DNA of 64,000 nucleotides from Acidobacteriaceae bacterium (GCA_003166855.1 PMUM01000330.1:541-64540), one strand, 5' to 3'. Shown: positions 17,475 to 26,824, counted from the first letter of the stretch. The notes: generated by a model not told the origin, from the letters alone. Numbers and translations are program-made.

Positions 17475-19166
17475 GTGCGATTCCGCAATCTGATCGAAGC
17501 CCTCAGCGCGGCCCCGCCCGACCGTCCATTTATCACGTCATGGATTGACGAAGATGAGCAGGTGACGCTGACCTTTGCCGACTTTCGCCGGCATGCGTAT
17601 CTGCAGGCTGGGATGCTTCGTGACCAGGGTGTGACCGCCGGCGACCGCGTTGTCATCATCATGCCACAGGGCATTCCGGCGATGACTACGTTTGTCGGAG
17701 CGATGATGCTGGGCGCGGCGCCCACGTTCCTCGCCTATCCGAACTTCAAGATCGAGCCATCCAAGTACCGCTCCGGATTGACCGGGGTCACCGCGAATCT
17801 CAAGGCCAAGACCGTGGTCATCGACGAAGCATTCCCCGACGAGATGCTGGGCCATGTGTCGCTCGACGAAGGAACCAGGCTGGTTCGTGCAGGAACTGGA
17901 AACGTCGCGGACGACAAAGATTTGGTTCGTCCCGACATTCAGGCCGATAGTCTGGCATTCATCCAGCATTCGGCGGGAACAACCGGCCTGCAAAAAGGAG
18001 TGGCCCTGACTCACGCGGCGGTGCTGCGTCAACTCGATCACCTATCGCAGGCGCTCAAGATCGATACTGCTACCGACCGGATTTACAGTTGGCTGCCGCT
18101 CTATCACGATATGGGCTTGATCGCATGCTTCATGCTGCCCATGGTTTTTCACATCCCGATCGTAATGCAATCGCCGCTCGACTGGGTGATGCACCCGGAA
18201 ACCATGTTGCAGATCATCAGCGAATACAAATGCACTCTGGCATGGCTGCCGAATTTTGCCTTCCAGTTTGCGCCCCGTCGGACTTCTCAGCGCTCTCGAA
18301 CACAATACGATCTGTCGTCGGTGCGCGCCTTGATCAACTGTTCTGAGCCGGTTCGCGCGAAGAGTATGAGCGAGTTTCAGAATGCGTTCGGGGCGGCAGG
18401 ACTTAAGAGAACGGCCCTGCAATCCTCATACGCCATGGCTGAGAATGTTTTCGCGGTCACCCAGTCCGACCTTTCACGGCCGTCCGGTCCGCCCCGCTTA
18501 TGGGCGGATGGTCCGCAATTTCGAGGTGCCCGTCAGATCGTAGCCGTTGCGGAGGGGGCTTCGGGCGCGGTTGCGTTCACCTCCTCAGGCCGATTGCTAC
18601 CCCATCATGAAATTCGCATCGCCTCCGATTCTGGCGCCGTTCTCGGAGACGGCCGCGTCGGCGAGATTCTGGTCAAAAGCGACTGCCTTTTTGACGGCTA
18701 CCATAACCGTCCCGACCTTACCGCACAGGCAATCATCGACGGCTGGTACCACACCGGCGATCTGGGCTTCTGTCTGGAAGGCGAACTCTATGTCGTAGGC
18801 AGAAAGAAAGACCTGCTGATCATTGGCGGCGAGAATATTTATCCCCAGGACATCGAAGAAATTGTTGCCAGCCATTCCACCGTTCGCGACGGCCGTGTGA
18901 TCGCCATGGGCCTGTACAATCCCGATCTCGGGACGGAAGACATTGTGGTCGTTGCAGAGTTAGAGCATGAAGAACAGCTCGCGCAAGCCACCAAAATTGA
19001 AGGCGAGATTCGAAGCCTTGTCGTGGCCGGAATGGGAGTCGCGATCCGTACAATCTTTCTGAAGCCCCCCAAATGGATTGTGAAGAGCACCGCCGGCAAG
19101 CCGGCCCGCTCCGCGACTCGCGAGAAGCTGTTGCAGGAGCATCCGGAACTTGGAACCGAGTCTTAG
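17475..19166 (+). CDS. adenylate-forming enzyme (acyl/aminoacyl-AMP ligase, DltA/FAAL-like)
   Basis: AMP-binding core motif IQHSAGTTGLQKGVALTH, YHTGDLG, GRKKDLLIIGGENIYPQDIE. GTG start. Divergent from the MBOAT gene and immediately upstream of an ACP gene. Confidence 0.8.
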   Translation: MRFRNLIEALSAAPPDRPFITSWIDEDEQVTLTFADFRRHAYLQAGMLRDQGVTAGDRVVIIMPQGIPAMTTFVGAMMLGAAPTFLAYPNFKIEPSKYRSGLTGVTANLKAKTVVIDEAFPDEMLGHVSLDEGTRLVRAGTGNVADDKDLVRPDIQADSLAFIQHSAGTTGLQKGVALTHAAVLRQLDHLSQALKIDTATDRIYSWLPLYHDMGLIACFMLPMVFHIPIVMQSPLDWVMHPETMLQIISEYKCTLAWLPNFAFQFAPRRTSQRSRTQYDLSSVRALINCSEPVRAKSMSEFQNAFGAAGLKRTALQSSYAMAENVFAVTQSDLSRPSGPPRLWADGPQFRGARQIVAVAEGASGAVAFTSSGRLLPHHEIRIASDSGAVLGDGRVGEILVKSDCLFDGYHNRPDLTAQAIIDGWYHTGDLGFCLEGELYVVGRKKDLLIIGGENIYPQDIEEIVASHSTVRDGRVIAMGLYNPDLGTEDIVVVAELEHEEQLAQATKIEGEIRSLVVAGMGVAIRTIFLKPPKWIVKSTAGKPARSATREKLLQEHPELGTES

Positions 19167-19181
19167 GAGGGGAATCTCCCC

Positions 19182-19433
19182 ATGACCGACGAAGCGCAGC
19201 AAATGGTCCAACACATTGTTCAACTCATTCGAAAGCCGGGCGTGAACCTGGACGAGAATACCCCGCTGGTTTCGTCGGGACTGATCGATTCGATGTCCCT
19301 GATCGATTTGCTGGTGAAGCTCGAGGACCTCACCCACATGCGTATTCCGGCAGGGAAGGTGCAACCCAAGGATCTGGATACCGTGGCAAAAATGTTTGCG
19401 ACCGCGCAGCGGGTAGGGAAGCCTCGCAAGTAA
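19182..19433 (+). CDS. acyl/peptidyl carrier protein (DltC-like)
   Basis: 83 aa with the phosphopantetheine attachment motif GLIDSMSLIDLLVKLE. AGGAGG Shine-Dalgarno. 15 nt after the ligase gene. Confidence 0.8.
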   Translation: MTDEAQQMVQHIVQLIRKPGVNLDENTPLVSSGLIDSMSLIDLLVKLEDLTHMRIPAGKVQPKDLDTVAKMFATAQRVGKPRK

Positions 19434-19477
19434 ACTTCCTCAACTCCGCAACCGAGAACCTGAGTCTCCAGCAACGC

Positions 19478-19930
19478 CTATTGCTGCTCTCGCATCGCCA
19501 TCGGGTCCAGGTGGTGGCTGATCATCGCTCTAGCCGTCTCCTCCTCAATCATTTGATTGCGATCCCATTCCGGACGCAACACCATGGCCTTGATGTGGAA
19601 ATGCGACTCCTTCGATGCATCATCAATGCGAATCAACATTTCGTTTTTCTGCAATCGGAAACGCGTGATCTCGGCCAACGGGATGAGCTGGTCGGAAGTC
19701 TTGCCACTGATGACGTACACCACCTTATCCCCCACCGGAACGTACTCGGGACACATCGCCCCGGCTTCGACTTTGCCCTCGCCCGACATGGCGGCCATGA
19801 ATCCATGCTGCGGACCCAGGCAATCCGTCATGCGCATGCGGATGATCGTGCCTTGCTGGTGAGAGTGATTTTGCGCCGAGAGAAATATCGGAAAGGCGAG
19901 CACAAAAATACAGCACAGCATACGTTTCAT
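19478..19930 (-). CDS. hypothetical secreted protein
   Basis: 150 aa with signal peptide MKRMLCCIFVLAFPIFLSAQ. 12 nt downstream of the VWA gene. No motif recognised. Confidence 0.5.
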   Translation of the reverse strand: MKRMLCCIFVLAFPIFLSAQNHSHQQGTIIRMRMTDCLGPQHGFMAAMSGEGKVEAGAMCPEYVPVGDKVVYVISGKTSDQLIPLAEITRFRLQKNEMLIRIDDASKESHFHIKAMVLRPEWDRNQMIEEETARAMISHHLDPMAMREQQ

Positions 19931-19942
19931 AGGCCCTCAAAG

Positions 19943-20869
19943 TTACCAAGCTCGGTTGGGATAGTAATATCCGCTTCGGCTGCGGAACTGCAGGTTCAGG
20001 TTGTGTGTGGGAAGAATCCGGACAGTGTGAAATCCGGAAACGTGACTGGGAAGTCGATAGCTGATCGAATAGCTTGCTCTGAACCCTTCCAGGATTACAT
20101 TCAGTGCCTGCGCTGCGCCGCCCGGGGCGGGAAAATATCGGCCTCCGGTTGTGTCGGCAAGACTGCGCAGCGTCGCAGCGCCTTGCGACCGGTAAGCGGG
20201 CTTGTTGAGATCAATGCAATCCAGTTCCACCTCGCTTCTCAGTGCGGAGTTGACGGCATCGCCCATCGCGTTCCGGCTGATCGTATCCATACCATCCGAG
20301 AAGACGATGAGGACTTTCTCGGCGTGCTCATCCCCGTGGCTGGAAAGATAGTCCGCCGCGAACACGATCGTGTCGAACAGCGGAGTCAGGCCTCGGGCAC
20401 CGGCCGCCGGAATCCGCTCGAGGGCGTGCGATGCCCGGCAGTTTCCGGCGCACAGCAGCGCAGGCTGTGAAGCCGCGAAAGAGAAGATGGAAAGATTCTC
20501 GTCAGGAACGCCATCGGTCTGCGACACCAGTTCCAGAACGTCCGCCATTTCCTGGTGGAATCGCGGTGTGGCGGATTCGCTGGCGTCGATCAGAATCGCG
20601 ATTTCAAGCTTCGTCCAATCGGAACGGGTAAAGCTTTGAAAGTTGCGGACGATAACATCAGTGTCAACGATTGCAAAGTCGCTGGCCTGCAACGTGGCCA
20701 CGCCGTGATTGTTCTGGTCGGTGGCAGAAAAGCTGAGGCGCACCTCGCTAGCGTTGGTGTGGTAGGTGTAGTCGGGCCGGTCCCCTGCGATTCCCGGGGA
20801 GATCCCCCCGCACAAGACTAGAAGCGAGAGCAGGGGCGCGGTATGCCAACAAGATAGACGTCTGGCCAT
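19943..20869 (-). CDS. VWA domain protein (acidobacterial VWFA-related family)
   Basis: MIDAS-type DxSxS (IAILIDASESA), secreted N-terminus, and a preceding beta-rich domain (SEVRLSFSATDQNNHGVATLQASDFAIV) as in the Acidobacteria-restricted VWFA-related family. Confidence 0.7.
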   Translation of the reverse strand: MARRLSCWHTAPLLSLLVLCGGISPGIAGDRPDYTYHTNASEVRLSFSATDQNNHGVATLQASDFAIVDTDVIVRNFQSFTRSDWTKLEIAILIDASESATPRFHQEMADVLELVSQTDGVPDENLSIFSFAASQPALLCAGNCRASHALERIPAAGARGLTPLFDTIVFAADYLSSHGDEHAEKVLIVFSDGMDTISRNAMGDAVNSALRSEVELDCIDLNKPAYRSQGAATLRSLADTTGGRYFPAPGGAAQALNVILEGFRASYSISYRLPSHVSGFHTVRILPTHNLNLQFRSRSGYYYPNRAW

Positions 20870-21090
20870 ACCGACTACATCGGCCTTTCGTACGAAACTT
20901 TAGGGACGCGTTGATTACGTACGTCATTTCATTTTCCTTGGTTCTGCGGGATGTGGACGGACACTTGCCCCAAAGCCCGCTTCCGTAGCGGATTCTGAGA
21001 GATTCTAAATCTGGCGGGATTAGAAAAGTCCTCGCCATCCAGCTAGGGATGGCGGCGGATCACGGCGTCTGGAGATCGCCGGTGAACCAG

Positions 21091-21744
21091 TTACTGGCTC
21101 ACTTTCGGCTTGCGCGCCTCGGCAATCAATTTTTGGACCGCGGCTTTTTTGTCGTCGGACAGCGTCGGATTTAACTTCAGCAACTGCTGCCACGCTGCCA
21201 CTGCGCCGCTGGGATCGTTCTTGGCCTGCAAGCGAATCATTCCCAGGTTGAACAGAGAATTCGCGTCTTTGGGATCGTAGGTGAGCGATTGCTGCAGTTG
21301 CTGGATCGCTCCGTCGGCATCCCTTTCATAGAATAGGCACGACGCTAGATCGGTGCGCGCGGCCACATTCTTGGGATCGGCGTCGATGGCCTTCTGGAAG
21401 TATCCCGCAGCCTCTTTGAACTGATGGGTCGATTTGTATAGCGTTCCGATCTGATTCAGCAGGTCGGAGTTGTTGGGGTCAGTCTTCAGTTTCGCGAGAA
21501 GAGGTTCGGCCTTTTTATCGGCCATGTGCTTCATCTCTTCCAGACTCGGCATCTGTGGCGTACCGCTCGGAATGCCCGTGGCGGCGGCCACTTGCGGCGC
21601 AGGAGAAGGTTGTGCGGAGCGCGACGCCGACCCGCGAAACAGATAGCCCAAAGCCAAGCCCACAACCAGACAGATGGTGGCCATGGCATACACCTGCGAC
21701 GTCCGCCAGCCTCGCGCTACGCCGGGTTCTGCTTCATTCGCCAT
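21091..21744 (-). CDS. membrane-anchored TPR repeat protein
   Basis: TM anchor (VYAMATICLVVGLALGYLF) followed by TPR units (NQIGTLYKSTHQFKEAAGYFQKAIDADPKN ...). Start set to the ATG with AAAGGAAG upstream; the track start 21807 is 21 codons longer. Confidence 0.75.
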   Translation of the reverse strand: MANEAEPGVARGWRTSQVYAMATICLVVGLALGYLFRGSASRSAQPSPAPQVAAATGIPSGTPQMPSLEEMKHMADKKAEPLLAKLKTDPNNSDLLNQIGTLYKSTHQFKEAAGYFQKAIDADPKNVAARTDLASCLFYERDADGAIQQLQQSLTYDPKDANSLFNLGMIRLQAKNDPSGAVAAWQQLLKLNPTLSDDKKAAVQKLIAEARKPKVSQ

Positions 21745-21978
21745 AGTTCTTCCTTTAGGATTCCAGGTCGTAAACCTCCGATATGGCACGCGTGGTTCCA
21801 TCTTCATTCAACATTCAATCCTTGCATACCCTTGTTTTTACAATGACTTACGAGGAGGACCTTGGCGCTGAGAGATGCGCCTACGTTTGAGCTCGGGGCT
21901 TTCTTCGCAGTTTCTGCGCTTTTTTCCCGCGACCTCGCAGGACCAGGCAATTTCCCTCCAAGTCAAATCACATTCTTG

Positions 21979-21994
21979 TGTGAGCCGCCTCACT
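21979..21994. promoter_or_regulatory. CRP/FNR-family type palindrome TGTGAGCCGCCTCACT (9/10 match to TGTGA-N6-TCACA)
   Basis: Read directly in the divergent TPR / M48-like-heptaheme intergenic region, about 290 nt upstream of ATG 22284. Confidence 0.3.
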
Positions 21995-22283
21995 GTCCGC
22001 ATCCGGCCATCTTCGTTAGCATTGCGGTTGTCCTTCCCCTAGGTGCTCGGAAACTGCCTTTTTGGGCCCTTTCCCTTCCGAGAGTGAGGCTTTATGCAAG
22101 GCCTCAGAAGTCGGTCCTTTCGCCCATGCTTGGCGGAGGTGGGTCCCCACCCGCATCCCTTAGGACTGATTCTGTCTCGTTCCCTGCGTGATCCCTTACC
22201 CCCGCCTTGATGCTGGGGCCCGGCCCCGATGTCGCACTCAGTCCTGTGGCTTCAGACGACGTAGATCTGCAGGGAGGCGAACA

Positions 22284-23894
22284 ATGACGCGGCGCTCCTT
22301 TCTCACAGTGGTTATCCTGCTGGCCTCCACTCCGGCATTCGCAGGCACTCCGAAATCCAATCCCGATCAGGCGATCGACCGAATTGTCGCCAACGAACGA
22401 GCCCTGAGCACCACCATGCGCAGCTACAGCCCGATGGTAGAAACCTACCTCCAGCGCATGCAGCCCGACACGACCATGGGATTCCTCCCCGCCGAGGACC
22501 ACTACTTCCTCGGGCGCGTTCAGTTTCAGCAGGCGAAGGAGGAGTTCTATCTCGACAAGCGCCTGGTCGAACGCATGGCGGGTTCGTTTTCGAAGCTCTA
22601 TTCCCTCAGCCCCGTGGGCTTCTCCGCCATGATCTTTGTCGATCGCTCCGGCTTTGACCGCAAGAATTACGAACTGCACTACTTGCGCAGCGAGTTTCTG
22701 GGCGAGGTACGCTGCCTGCTCTTCGAGGTGAATCCCCGCAAGGATCGGAAGGTGCCCCGCTTCAAAGGCGCCATCTGGGTGGAAGATGGCGACTATCAGA
22801 TTGTTCGTTTCAACGGCAGTTACGGCACCTTCCATATCGATAGCTGGCGCATGAACTTGCGCGAAGGCGTCTGGCTTCCCGCCGTGGTGTACTCCGAAGA
22901 ATTCGATTCCAACAAACCGCAAACCCAGGGTCCCCGATTGAAGGCGCAGACGCGTATATGGGGCTACAACCTCGGCCCGCGCCGGGAATCAGAGTTTGCG
23001 GAAATCGTCGTGGATCCTGCGGTCGCCAAAGACTCGTCGGAGAATCCCGACCAGAGTCCGCTCGACATTCAGCGCTCCTGGCAGCGCCGCGCCGAAGACA
23101 ACGTCATCATCAAGCTTGAAGAACTCGGACTGGTCGTCCCGGAAGGCGAGGTCGACAAGGTTCTGCAAACCGTCATCACGAATCTGGAAGTCACCAACAA
23201 GATTGTTCTCGATCCCGAGGTTCGCTGCCGGATTATTCCCACAACGCCGATCGAAGTCGCCACGATCGGCCACACGATCCTGGTCAGCCGCGGATTGCTC
23301 GACGCCTTGCCGAACGAAGCTGCGCTCGCCGTGATTCTGGCTCACGCTCTGGCGCACGCGACCTTGGGACATGACCTCGACAGCAGTTTCGCGTTCAACG
23401 ACCGCATGGTCGTCCCCAGCCTGCGGCAGTTGCCGCTGTTTGATTTCAAGCACACTCCGGAGCAGGAACGGGAAGCCGATGCGCTCGGATTGAAGTTCCT
23501 TGCCAACTCACCCTACAAAGACAACCTTGCCGAAGCGGGACTGTTTCTCAAGGCTCTGGCCAAGTATGAGCGGAAGGTTCCCAATCTGACCAAGGCCACC
23601 CTCGGCGAGAGCCTGGTCGCCGACAATCGGATTTCGTTCATGAGTCCCATTGCCGACGCCGCTCCCGCGCTCGAACTCGACAATCCCGAGCAGATCGTCG
23701 CCTTACCCCTCGGCAGCCGCGTGAAGGTCGATCCCTGGGCGGGACAGTTGAAGTTCGTGAAAGCGCGGCCGCCCCGCATCTACTCGGCGAAAGACAAATT
23801 GGCGTTGGAAGTCACACCCTTCTCGCCATACTTGGTTCGTCTAAAGCCTGTCGCGGCGAGTGGAGTTCCAGAGGATTCAACCGAAGACCGTTGA
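22284..23894 (+). CDS. M48-family peptidase-like protein with HALAH in place of HEXXH (probable pseudo-protease), secreted
   Basis: Start at ATG 22284 (AGGGAGG upstream, signal peptide FLTVVILLASTPAFAG). LAVILAHALAHATLGH aligns to the M48 motif xxxLAHExxHxxxxH with Glu replaced by Ala. The downstream EQEREADALGLKFL matches the M48 third-ligand ExxAD block. Confidence 0.6.
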   Translation: MTRRSFLTVVILLASTPAFAGTPKSNPDQAIDRIVANERALSTTMRSYSPMVETYLQRMQPDTTMGFLPAEDHYFLGRVQFQQAKEEFYLDKRLVERMAGSFSKLYSLSPVGFSAMIFVDRSGFDRKNYELHYLRSEFLGEVRCLLFEVNPRKDRKVPRFKGAIWVEDGDYQIVRFNGSYGTFHIDSWRMNLREGVWLPAVVYSEEFDSNKPQTQGPRLKAQTRIWGYNLGPRRESEFAEIVVDPAVAKDSSENPDQSPLDIQRSWQRRAEDNVIIKLEELGLVVPEGEVDKVLQTVITNLEVTNKIVLDPEVRCRIIPTTPIEVATIGHTILVSRGLLDALPNEAALAVILAHALAHATLGHDLDSSFAFNDRMVVPSLRQLPLFDFKHTPEQEREADALGLKFLANSPYKDNLAEAGLFLKALAKYERKVPNLTKATLGESLVADNRISFMSPIADAAPALELDNPEQIVALPLGSRVKVDPWAGQLKFVKARPPRIYSAKDKLALEVTPFSPYLVRLKPVAASGVPEDSTEDR

Positions 23895-23906
23895 TGGAGG
23901 ACCTTA

Positions 23907-24617
23907 ATGAGTGTCTCCGCGCGGTTCGTCCTTCGCGTGATTGTCGCGTGCCTGATGGGCACGTGCGTATGCTACGCAGGTTCGCATCCCGTTCGAGTCG
24001 AGCAGAACTCAAACTGCCTGGAGTGCCACGCCGATCACGCCACGGGAGATCATGTTCATCCTGCCGTCACGATGGGGTGCACTTCCTGCCACAGCATCGA
24101 CAACCGGGAAGATGCCACCTATGTCGTTCTCAAGCAGACAAAGGGCGTCGCTTGCTTCGATTGTCATGACCCGGCCGCGTTCCTCTATCCGCACCTTCCC
24201 TATGCTTCCGGGATGTGCACGCGCTGCCACAATCCGCACGTTTCAGCGAATCCTCGCCTGCTGCGCGCTAAAGTGAACGAGCTTTGCCTGAGTTGTCACC
24301 TGCGCACGAAGGAGAGCGTGTCCTCGCGCTACATGCCGACGATCGAACTCACCGCCAACAACAGCATGGGACACCCCTACCTGCGGCATCCCGTGAGCGG
24401 CAGCCACGATGCGCTCAACGGTGGGGAGATGTCGTGCATAAGTTGCCATCAGGCGCATGGAGGAATGCAACTGCACCTGCTCAAGGCGGCGGCTGAGATT
24501 CCGGAAGATGCCCTGAACCACGACACGGAGACCAAGGACATGTGCCGCCAGTGTCATCTACGGATGTGGGGACTCGAGGGCGCCCCGCTAAAGAAGAAGC
24601 ACAAGAAGGATCACTAG
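23907..24617 (+). CDS. heptaheme c-type cytochrome, secreted
   Basis: 7 CXXCH motifs in 236 aa. Signal-anchor FVLRVIVACLMGTCVCYA. GGAGGA Shine-Dalgarno. 12 nt after the M48-like gene. Confidence 0.85.
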   Translation: MSVSARFVLRVIVACLMGTCVCYAGSHPVRVEQNSNCLECHADHATGDHVHPAVTMGCTSCHSIDNREDATYVVLKQTKGVACFDCHDPAAFLYPHLPYASGMCTRCHNPHVSANPRLLRAKVNELCLSCHLRTKESVSSRYMPTIELTANNSMGHPYLRHPVSGSHDALNGGEMSCISCHQAHGGMQLHLLKAAAEIPEDALNHDTETKDMCRQCHLRMWGLEGAPLKKKHKKDH

Positions 24618-24667
24618 CTCATGTGGGGACAGCCGCTTTCGGCTCTCCGTCGAGCGAAGCTCGACGG
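24618..24667. repeat. REP-like element family 2 (CTCATGTGGGGACAGCCGC...CGAGCGAAGCTCG)
   Basis: Two adjacent hairpins between convergent genes. Near-identical copy (reverse orientation) at 39308-39355 and a partial copy at 36574-36607. Confidence 0.6.
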
Positions 24668-24708
24668 CATTGGGTCAGCAGCAGAACTCAATCGGAAACT
24701 CCGGAGGT

Positions 24709-26505
24709 CTAGGTGATGCTCACTTCCGTGTATGTGCCGTACACCTGCCGCAAGGCTTCGCAGATTTCGCCGACCGTGGCGTAAGCACGCACGGCGTCCA
24801 CGATGTACGGCATGGTGTTGGCGGAGGAGACATTGTCGTTCGTTCCCGCATTCGGCTCTTGCGCTGCGGCCTTCTTCAGCGCATCAAGCGCCCGCTGCAC
24901 CGCCTCATTCGACCGCCGTGCCCGCAGAGTCTTCAGCTTGGCTGACTGCTGGCGCGCTACACTCTCGTCGATGTAGAGAATGTGCGGCGACTCCTCCTCG
25001 ATGACGAATTCGTTGGCCCCGACGATCACTTTCTCACGGGCCTCGGCCGCGCGCTGGTACTGGTACGATGCCTCGGAAATTTCTTTCTGCGGGTAGCCAC
25101 GCTCGATGGCCTTCACCATTCCGCCCATGGCGTCGAGCTTGCCGAAGTAATCGAGGGCGCCGTGTTCCATTTGCAGCGTTAAATTTTCCAGGAAATATGA
25201 GCCGCCCAGCGGATCGACCGTCTGCGCGACTCCCGACTCGTACGCGATGATCTGCTGCGTGCGCAGCGCGATGCGTGCCGCTTCTTCGGTCGGCAGGGCC
25301 AGAGCCTCGTCGTAGGAATCGGTGTGCAGCGACTGGGTTCCGCCTAACACGGCCGCGAGCGCCTGCACCGCTACGCGAGCGATATTGTTCATCGGCTGCT
25401 GTGCCGGCAGCGATACTCCGGCGGTCTGTGTGTGGAAGCGCATCAGCCAGGTGCGCTGGTTCTTCGCGCCAAAGCGGTCTTTCATCACGCGGTACCAGAT
25501 CTTGCGCGCCGCCCGATACTTGGCGATCTCTTCAAAGAAGTCGTTGTGCGCATTGAAAAAGAAGCTCAGCCGAGGACCGAACTCGTCCACATCGAGCCCG
25601 CGCCGCCGCGCCCACTCCACGTACTCGACGCCGTCATAGAGCGTAAATGCCAGCTCTTGTAAGGCAGTGGATCCGGCCTCGCGAATGTGATATCCGCTGA
25701 TGGAAATCGTGTTGAAGCGCGGCGTGAACTTCGATCCGAACTCAAACGTGTCGATCACGAGCCGCATCGACGGCGCGGGCGGATAAATATATTCCTTCTG
25801 CGCGATGTATTCCTTCAGGATGTCATTTTGAATCGTGCCCGAAATGTTCTTCCAGTCTGCGCCCTGCTTCTCCGCGACCACCAGGTACATCGCCCACAGC
25901 ACCGACGCGGGTGAATTAATGGTCATCGATACGGTGGTCTTTTCCAGATCGATGCCACCAAACAGAATTTCCATGTCTTCAAGCGAATCGATGGCCACGC
26001 CGCACTTGCCCACTTCGCCTTCGCTGGCCGGATGGTCGGAGTCGTAGCCCATCAGCGTAGGCAGATCGAAGGCGACCGAGAGGCCGCTGCCGCCATGCTC
26101 GAGCAAGTATTTGTAGCGCTGGTTAGTCTCCTCGGGCGAGGCGAAGCCTGAAAACTGCCGCATGGTAAAAAGCTTGCCGCGATATCCCGTGGCGTGAATC
26201 CCGCGTGTGTACGGCGCCTGGCCGGGATAGCCGAGGTACTGCTCCTCGCTCCAGTCCTGCGGGAGATCGGCCTGAGTATAGAGGCGGCGAATCGGCACAC
26301 CTGAAATCGTGGTGAAGCGCGCGTGTCCGTGCTCGTCAAGATTTACGCCGGTGGGCGCGCCAATCGGCCGCTCGGGAGACTTCTCCAGCGTAGGCGCCAG
26401 CGTATTCTCCGCCCACTTTTTTTCACCCTCGGCAGGATGGCGATCTTCAAACACATCCGCGATTGGGCTCTCGGCAACTTGCGGCTTTACCGGCTTCTTT
26501 TCCAT
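24709..26505 (-). CDS. methylmalonyl-CoA mutase family, catalytic (large) subunit without B12-binding domain
   Basis: [35 protein letters not shown] and the rest of the mutase TIM-barrel are recognisable. No C-terminal DxHxxG cobalamin domain. Start set to MEKKPV (26505). Confidence 0.85.
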   Translation of the reverse strand: MEKKPVKPQVAESPIADVFEDRHPAEGEKKWAENTLAPTLEKSPERPIGAPTGVNLDEHGHARFTTISGVPIRRLYTQADLPQDWSEEQYLGYPGQAPYTRGIHATGYRGKLFTMRQFSGFASPEETNQRYKYLLEHGGSGLSVAFDLPTLMGYDSDHPASEGEVGKCGVAIDSLEDMEILFGGIDLEKTTVSMTINSPASVLWAMYLVVAEKQGADWKNISGTIQNDILKEYIAQKEYIYPPAPSMRLVIDTFEFGSKFTPRFNTISISGYHIREAGSTALQELAFTLYDGVEYVEWARRRGLDVDEFGPRLSFFFNAHNDFFEEIAKYRAARKIWYRVMKDRFGAKNQRTWLMRFHTQTAGVSLPAQQPMNNIARVAVQALAAVLGGTQSLHTDSYDEALALPTEEAARIALRTQQIIAYESGVAQTVDPLGGSYFLENLTLQMEHGALDYFGKLDAMGGMVKAIERGYPQKEISEASYQYQRAAEAREKVIVGANEFVIEEESPHILYIDESVARQQSAKLKTLRARRSNEAVQRALDALKKAAAQEPNAGTNDNVSSANTMPYIVDAVRAYATVGEICEALRQVYGTYTEVSIT

Positions 26506-26616
26506 GCGAACCCCAGTGTTCTGTCTCGATAATAGGGAAGTGAGCGCCGAGGAGCAAGGCGGGAACCGCAGGTGCAAACGACCGGTCGGTCAGCCTGGGA
26601 CGTAATTGGTTGCCTT

Positions 26617-26818
26617 GTCATCCTGAGCGGATGGGAAGTTCGCGAACGCGAACTTCCCACCCAGTCGAAGGATCCCTATGGCTCCCGCAGTCCTGACGAT
26701 CGAGACAGGTCTTCTATGGTTCTCAGGAACTACCTGCTACATTGTCGGTCGTGATAGGGATCCTTCGACTCCGTGACTGCTTCGCATTCTGCGAAGCAGT
26801 CACTCCTCTCAGGATGAC
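26617..26818. repeat. pair of REP family 1 elements in inverted orientation (BIME-like composite)
   Basis: Left copy 26617-26680: GTCATCCTGAGCGG-[hairpin GGGAAGTTCGCG/CGCGAACTTCCC]-TCGAAGGATCCCTATG. Right copy 26754-26818: ATAGGGATCCTTCGA-[hairpin GTGACTGCTTCGCA/TGCGAAGCAGTCAC]-CTCAGGATGAC. Confidence 0.7.
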
Positions 26819-26824
26819 ATAAAT

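Noticed and set aside
21862-22191. 109-aa TTG-initiated ORF in the long TPR / M48-like intergenic region.
   Set aside because: It has Pro/Ser/Leu-rich composition, no motif, no ribosome-binding site and a non-ATG start. It is more likely non-coding regulatory DNA that contains the CRP-like site.
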